From Vulcanimicrobiota bacterium (GTDB taxonomy: Bacteria; Vulcanimicrobiota; Vulcanimicrobiia; Vulcanimicrobiales; Vulcanimicrobiaceae): a stretch of DNA of 64,000 bases. The notes beneath the pieces are model-generated. The model ran no database searches. It was given only the letters and a program-made list of their open reading frames with translations, and was not told where the DNA came from. The number at the start of each line of letters is the position of its first letter. Position 1 is the stretch's first letter. Shown piece by piece: positions 58,923-64,000 of this stretch. The DNA lies in contig CAWETW010000001.1 of assembly GCA_963812155.1 (NCBI GenBank), positions 352,001-416,000 of the forward strand, in the 5' to 3' direction. The position numbers were made by a program, and so were the translations under genes.

Positions 58923-61002
58923 CTACGGCATGAGATATTTATTCAGCCAGTCGGCAATGATGTGCAGCCGCTCGACCCGGTGGATTGGGGCGCCCGTCCG
59001 GTTGAGGTCGTGGTTTTCGTTCGGGACGGCGACGTAGACGACGGTGCGGCCGAGAATTTTGAGCGCCGTGAACTCCTGAAGCGTTTGGTCGATCGGTGCC
59101 CGGGTGTCGTAATCCGCGTGGAGGATGAGCAGCGGCGTGTGGACGTTTTCGACGTACGTCAGCGGTGAGAATTTCGGCGTAACTCGTGCTGGCCGGATCC
59201 CAAGGCGGACCCCACGTGTAGTAGCCGCCGCCCAAGCCGTTCTTGCCGGCGAAGTCTGCGGCGAGGTTCTCGCTCTGAAGGAAACTTACGGCGCGCTCGG
59301 CGACCGCGGCTTTATAGCGGTCGGTGTGCGAAATCACCCACAGCGTCGCATAGCCGCCGTATGACCCGCCCGTCACCCCCAGACGCAACGCGTCGACGTC
59401 GGGCCGTTGCACGGCTGCATCCATGACCGCCTGAACGTCTTGGAACATCGCGTCGCCGTAGTTGCTTTCCAGCGCTTCTTCGAACGCGTAACCGTGGCCG
59501 GTGCTGCCTGCCGGGTCGCTGAATACCACGTTATAGCCGAGTGCGGCGAGATATTGGAACTCCATGAAGAACGTGTTGCCGAACTGCGTCTCCGGACCAC
59601 CGTGGATATTGAGAATCGTGGGATGCTTGCCGCCCTTCGTTCCGCCGGTCGCCGGCATGAACCACGCCTGCACGCTGTAGCCGGCCGGATCTTTTGCGGA
59701 AAACTCCTGTGGCGTCGACAGCGTCACCGAGGCCAAATACGCATCGTTCACGTGCGTGAGTTGGCGAGGCTGTCCGCCCGAAAGACTCGTAACGTACACG
59801 TCGGCGGGATGCGTGAAGTCGCTGTAGAGATAGGCAACCGTTTTGCCGTCACGCGACACGCTGCACGACCAGGCTTCGCCGGTGGGCTGCGTGAGGTCGG
59901 TAAAGTTTCCCGATCCCACGTCGAGCACACGGAGGTTTGCGTAACCGGGCCCGTCGAGATTCAGCAAAATGTGCGCCGGATCGGGAAGCGGCGCCCCGCA
60001 CAACCCTCCGCCCTCCTTCATATCGGCGAGCAGGCTGTCGCCCCACGTGACCTTATCTCCGGCTACGATCGTTCGCGCGTCGCTGCCGTCGAGCGCCGTG
60101 GATACGAGCGCAGGCTGTTCCGCCGAATCACGCACGCCGCTGCGAAACGAGTAAAACCGCGTTCCGTCGGTGCTGAAAAACAGGCCGCCGTTCGAAACCT
60201 GGTTCGACGCGAGTTTCTGCGGCGTTCCGCCGGTCGACGAGACGACGTAGACGTCGCTCGCACCGCTGTCGACGCTCTCGTAACGCAACGAATCGAAGGC
60301 AATCGTCTTGTCGTCGGGCGACCACGCATCGAACCCTTCCGCCCATTGACCCGACGTTAACTGTTTGGGATTGGCACCGTTCGCGTCAACGATCCAAATA
60401 TGCGGGTGGTCCTGATAGGTGTAGCCTTGACCGTTGGCCTGGAAGAAGAGCTGATCGATCGCGTGGATGTCGCTCTTCTTTTGGTCGGCCGTCGGGGTGA
60501 AGCCGGCTTTGCCGAAGTCAATGTGCGCCGCGGGATCGGAATCGGGCGAGTTCACCGACAGCGCGATGCGCGTCCCGTCGTGTGAAACGACCGGATTCGA
60601 AACGCCTTGGGTCATATGCGTCAACTGCGCGACCGCACCGGTTGCCAGCGTGTAGCGACAGAGTTGCGCCTTCTTCTTGGGCAGCGCGCGCACGAACACG
60701 AAACTGGCGCCGTCGGGCATCCACGCGAAATCGCCGTCGCCCTTGCGTCCCGTGACGTTGGACTTCAGACTACCCGTTGCGACGTCGAGAAGATCGACCG
60801 TCCGATCGTAGGTATTCTTGGGGCCATTGGGTTTCGACGCCTCGACGAGGACGTGCGCCCCGTCCGGCGAGATTGATGCGCTGCTGAGCAACGTCAGCTT
60901 GAACAAATCTTCGGGCGCGATCGGAACGGCCGCGGCTCGACTGCCGGCCGCAGAGGCAGCGACGAAGAGCGATAAGGCAAGAATCGCGGTGAACGGTTTC
61001 AT
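58923..61002 (-). CDS. S9 family serine peptidase, secreted (+1 frameshift at about 59177)
   Basis: Propeller domain, IHGGP, GGSYGG; the corrected frame gives FSPL...TPLLILH..D...ENH...WLNKYLMP*. Confidence 0.92.
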
Positions 61003-61017
61003 GCCGGCGTGTTCTTT

Positions 61018-61878
61018 ATGCGAACGGACGTCTCCCCGCCGGCAGCGAAAACCCCGCGCATGGAATGGGCGTCATTTGCGCCGGCGCTGCTGACGCTGGT
61101 CGCGTTCGTCGTGATTCCGGCCGTTCTGGCCGTCGTCGCGCAAATGCTCTTCAACCGCGTGGTTTCACACGACCGGCTCATACCCCATCACGACGTCGCC
61201 GGCTTTCTGGTCGCGGTCGTCGGCGTGCTCTACGCGGTCGTCCTGGGCTTCGTCGTCGTCACGAGCTGGTCGGCGTTCGACTCCGCGCAGCAGAACGCGG
61301 ATGTGGAAGCCGGCGACGTCGGCGACGCCTTCGGTTTTGCCCAAATGCTCCCCGAGCCGCGGCGAGAACATATGCGCCGGAGCCTTGCGGCGTACGCGAT
61401 CGAAGTCCGAGACCACGAATGGGCGTTGCTGAGCCACGGAATGCAGGACGATCGCGCGCGCGAGTTGCTCGTCCGCGCGATTGGGACGCTCGGGGAACCC
61501 TATGGCCGGCCGAGCGCAAACCTCGACGAAGCGCTGAACCGCACGACGACGCGCCAGACCGTTGCCGCCAGCCTGCGCGACATCGCCGACAACCGGCGGC
61601 TGCGGATCATCGAAGCGCAAAAAACCTTCTCGCCGGCGTTGGCGCTGGTACTCGTCATCGGCGCGCTGATGGTTTTGGCGTTCGTCTTCCTCTTCGGCGT
61701 CGAGGACCGCGCGCTGCAATTTACGATGACCTCCATCGTCGCCGGCTGCATCGGTCTATTGCTTGGCGTCGTCGTCGAGTTCAGCGCCCCGTACTCGGGT
61801 GCGATGCGCGTTTCCCCGCAAGCATGGACGTACGTGATCGTCAACAATCACTTCGAAGAGGTCGCTCGCTCGCGCTGA
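61018..61878 (+). CDS. DUF4239-like membrane protein
   Basis: VGVLYAVVLGFVV, Y...V...EW, RRLR, PYSG..RVSP. Confidence 0.8.
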   Translation: MRTDVSPPAAKTPRMEWASFAPALLTLVAFVVIPAVLAVVAQMLFNRVVSHDRLIPHHDVAGFLVAVVGVLYAVVLGFVVVTSWSAFDSAQQNADVEAGDVGDAFGFAQMLPEPRREHMRRSLAAYAIEVRDHEWALLSHGMQDDRARELLVRAIGTLGEPYGRPSANLDEALNRTTTRQTVAASLRDIADNRRLRIIEAQKTFSPALALVLVIGALMVLAFVFLFGVEDRALQFTMTSIVAGCIGLLLGVVVEFSAPYSGAMRVSPQAWTYVIVNNHFEEVARSR

Positions 61879-61950
61879 CCGGCACCACGGCGATGGCACA
61901 GCTGTGGAGCGTTGCCCCGTTCGGCCTCGCGTGATAGGCTAGCCAGTAAC

Positions 61951-62406
61951 ATGCCCGTCGCGTACCTGACACTGAAGTTCTTCCACATTTTTCTGGCGAT
62001 CGCGGCGGTAGGTGCAAATCTAACCTACGGCGTGTGGTTCGCGCGGGCCAACGCCCATCCGCAATTCGCCCCGCTGGCGTTGCGCGGCATCGCGTTCATC
62101 GACAATTGGATCGCCAATCCGGCATATCTGCTGCTGCTTCCCACCGGTGCCGCAATGGTCGCCCTCGGAGGCTACTCTTTTCGCACGCACTGGATCGCTT
62201 GGGCCTTGACGCTTTGGACCATTGCAATTCTCGCCGGATATTTCGGCTATACTCCGGCGCTGCGCGCGCAAATCGCCGCGGTCGACCGTGAAGGCGTCTC
62301 CGGTTCCGACGCGCGGCGCCTTGCGGTGCGGGGCCAAATCTGGGGCGGAATCCTCGCTCTCATCGTCGTCGTCATCTTACTGCTGATGGTATTCAAACCG
62401 GCGTAG
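61951..62406 (+). CDS. DUF2269-like membrane protein
   Basis: LKFFHI..AI, four TM helices, C-terminal LMVFKP. Confidence 0.75.
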   Translation: MPVAYLTLKFFHIFLAIAAVGANLTYGVWFARANAHPQFAPLALRGIAFIDNWIANPAYLLLLPTGAAMVALGGYSFRTHWIAWALTLWTIAILAGYFGYTPALRAQIAAVDREGVSGSDARRLAVRGQIWGGILALIVVVILLLMVFKPA

Positions 62407-62416
62407 CGGCCCGGGG

Positions 62417-63623
62417 TCAAAACGAGAACGCGTCGTCGAGAGAGTTCGCGCGCCGGTCGGTCTGATCGAGCGACGGTAATCCGAACTGCTCCTCGACGAA
62501 ACGCACGATGCTCCCAAACTCGTACTGCGTGTGCGAGACGTATCCGCGCTTCGCATACGGAGAAACCACGAGCATCGGCACGCGGAAACCGAGTTCCGCG
62601 CCGCTGAGCACCGGCGGCGGCACGTCGTCGTAGAAGAAATCGCTCGACTCCCAGACGACGATGACGGCCGAATGCTGCCAATACCGGCTGCTTTGCAGCG
62701 CGCCGACCACGGTGCTCACCCACTTGGATCCGCTCGCGGTTCCGGGATCGTCGGAGTTTTCGTTTTGCGGATACACCCACGAGACCGAAGGTAACGTGCC
62801 CTTCGCAATGTCGGAGAGAATCGCCGTCTGAGGAGTCGTGACGTTTTCGCGCCAATCGTTGCCGTTGCGTATGTAGCTCAGCGCGTCGATGCCGTTCGTA
62901 CCTTGCGTCCCGACCGGAATGTAATACCGCCACGAGAGATGCGCGCCGTCGAGCAGTTGCGGCAGCGAGTTCCAATCGAAGCACGGAAACGGTCCGTCGA
63001 GTTTCAGGCCGCGCTTGGTGTAAACGGGCGTCGTCGTGCCGGGCCGCGCGTCGCACCCCCACGGACGCTGCGACGGATGATCGGCCAGGTATTCGTTCGG
63101 CTTCACTTTGGAGCGCGCGGCCAAGAGATACAGTTGCGAAATCCAGCCGCTGTTCGAAATCGACGACGCAAACATGTGATCGGCCAGAACGAATTGCTGC
63201 GCGAGCTTCCAGTATTGCGAAATCTGCGTAGCGCGCGACGAAATGGTAAGGAAAGCGCGGAGAAGACTTGTAAACGAGATCGAAACCGTCCATCTTGCCG
63301 TTGTCGTACGCCGTGACGAACGCGTCGAGAGGCGCCTGCGACGATGGATGCTGGGCGATCGTCATCGGTTTGAGCGCCACGACTTGCCCGGTATGCACGA
63401 TGCCCTGCTTGGTGGAGTCGGCGCCGGGAAAACCTGCAAACAAATTATTGAAGCCGCGATGGCCTTGCACCATGATGATGACGTTTTGAATCGGAGAACT
63501 CTTCTCACGAACGCGCTGCAACCGTACGGCGTCGTCCGACGAGCCCGCGGGAAGAGCCGTGTGAGCACCGCAGCCGGTTATAAAAAGAACCGTAGTCAAA
63601 AAAAGCGCAAAATGGTTTCGCAT
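62417..63623 (-). CDS. Phosphoesterase (non-specific phospholipase C/AcpA-like) lipoprotein (+1 frameshift at about 63230)
   Basis: ITGC lipobox, IQNVIIMVQGHRGFNN, GKMDGF, LADHMF, LPSVSWV, LGFRVP..VVSPY, HTQYEFGS. Confidence 0.85.
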
Positions 63624-63645
63624 CGTCTTCTCCTCCCGGCGAGCG

Positions 63646-64000
63646 TTACTTCGACGGGACGAGAACGAGTTGCTGCCGTGTCGCCGCGCGAATCGCCGCG
63701 GTGCTGAAAGGAAGCGGTCGCAAACGACCGGCGATCCAATCCGAACTCAAATCGCGGTAATGCCCCGACCCCGGCTCGCCGGATTCGCCGCTGGGAATCG
63801 CGATGCCGCCGGCATCCCAATCGCCGGCGATCCAAACGGCACGGAAGCTTTGCGAAAAGCCGGGCTCTTGCAGGCGAATCGTGTATTCGTCGCCGTCGCC
63901 GGGCAACGTCGCACCGTTGAGAAACCCGAAACGCAACGGCGCCAGCGGATGCTCGACGGAAACTGCACCGGCTCGTCCCCAGGGCTGGAGCGCATCGCCG
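63646..64000 (-). CDS. Penicillin acylase family protein, C-terminal part (runs off the window)
   Basis: SFRAV, PSGESGEPGSGHYRD...W. Confidence 0.8.
   Translation of the reverse strand, partial: GDALQPWGRAGAVSVEHPLAPLRFGFLNGATLPGDGDEYTIRLQEPGFSQSFRAVWIAGDWDAGGIAIPSGESGEPGSGHYRDLSSDWIAGRLRPLPFSTAAIRAATRQQLVLVPSK

Noticed and set aside
106..64000. Many long antisense or alternative-frame ORFs (for example 1232..2392, 30109..31533, 40894..42414, 51820..53049)
   Set aside because: These are Arg/Ala/Pro-rich shadow ORFs expected in high-GC DNA, overlapping well-supported genes and lacking recognisable motifs.

Overview
GC-rich bacterial chromosomal segment with about 65 genes. The gene content (many secreted NHL, kelch, PQQ and GloVer beta-propeller lipoproteins, an XRE-STAND-TPR regulator, a phosphoesterase) suggests Candidatus Eremiobacterota/Vulcanimicrobiota, but that is inference only. 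A housekeeping core (tRNA-Pro(GGG), hup, aroQ, hslO, tyrS, mutS2, gatCAB, rlmD; 27.1-37.3 kb) is flanked by accessory regions. The most notable features are: (1) three tandem modules at 37.4-41.0 kb, each made of a REP-like 30-bp repeat array, a conserved GGGACT-N14-CCGAA motif and an NHL-propeller lipoprotein paralog, with a mosaic, loop-focused pattern of variation between paralogs; (2) a 26-bp tandem copy of the tRNA-Pro 3' end carrying a compensatory T-stem change, resembling an att scar, beside an island-like block of secreted proteins; (3) a motif-degenerate prenyltransferase next to type-2 IPP isomerase and a diiron protein; (4) an orphan SLATT-like membrane-effector fragment. Nine genes, including the normally essential gatA, are each broken by a net +1 frameshift, which most likely reflects consensus or sequencing error rather than biology. 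No CRISPR array, integrase, transposase or rRNA was seen. Family assignments come from motif recognition by eye, not database searches.
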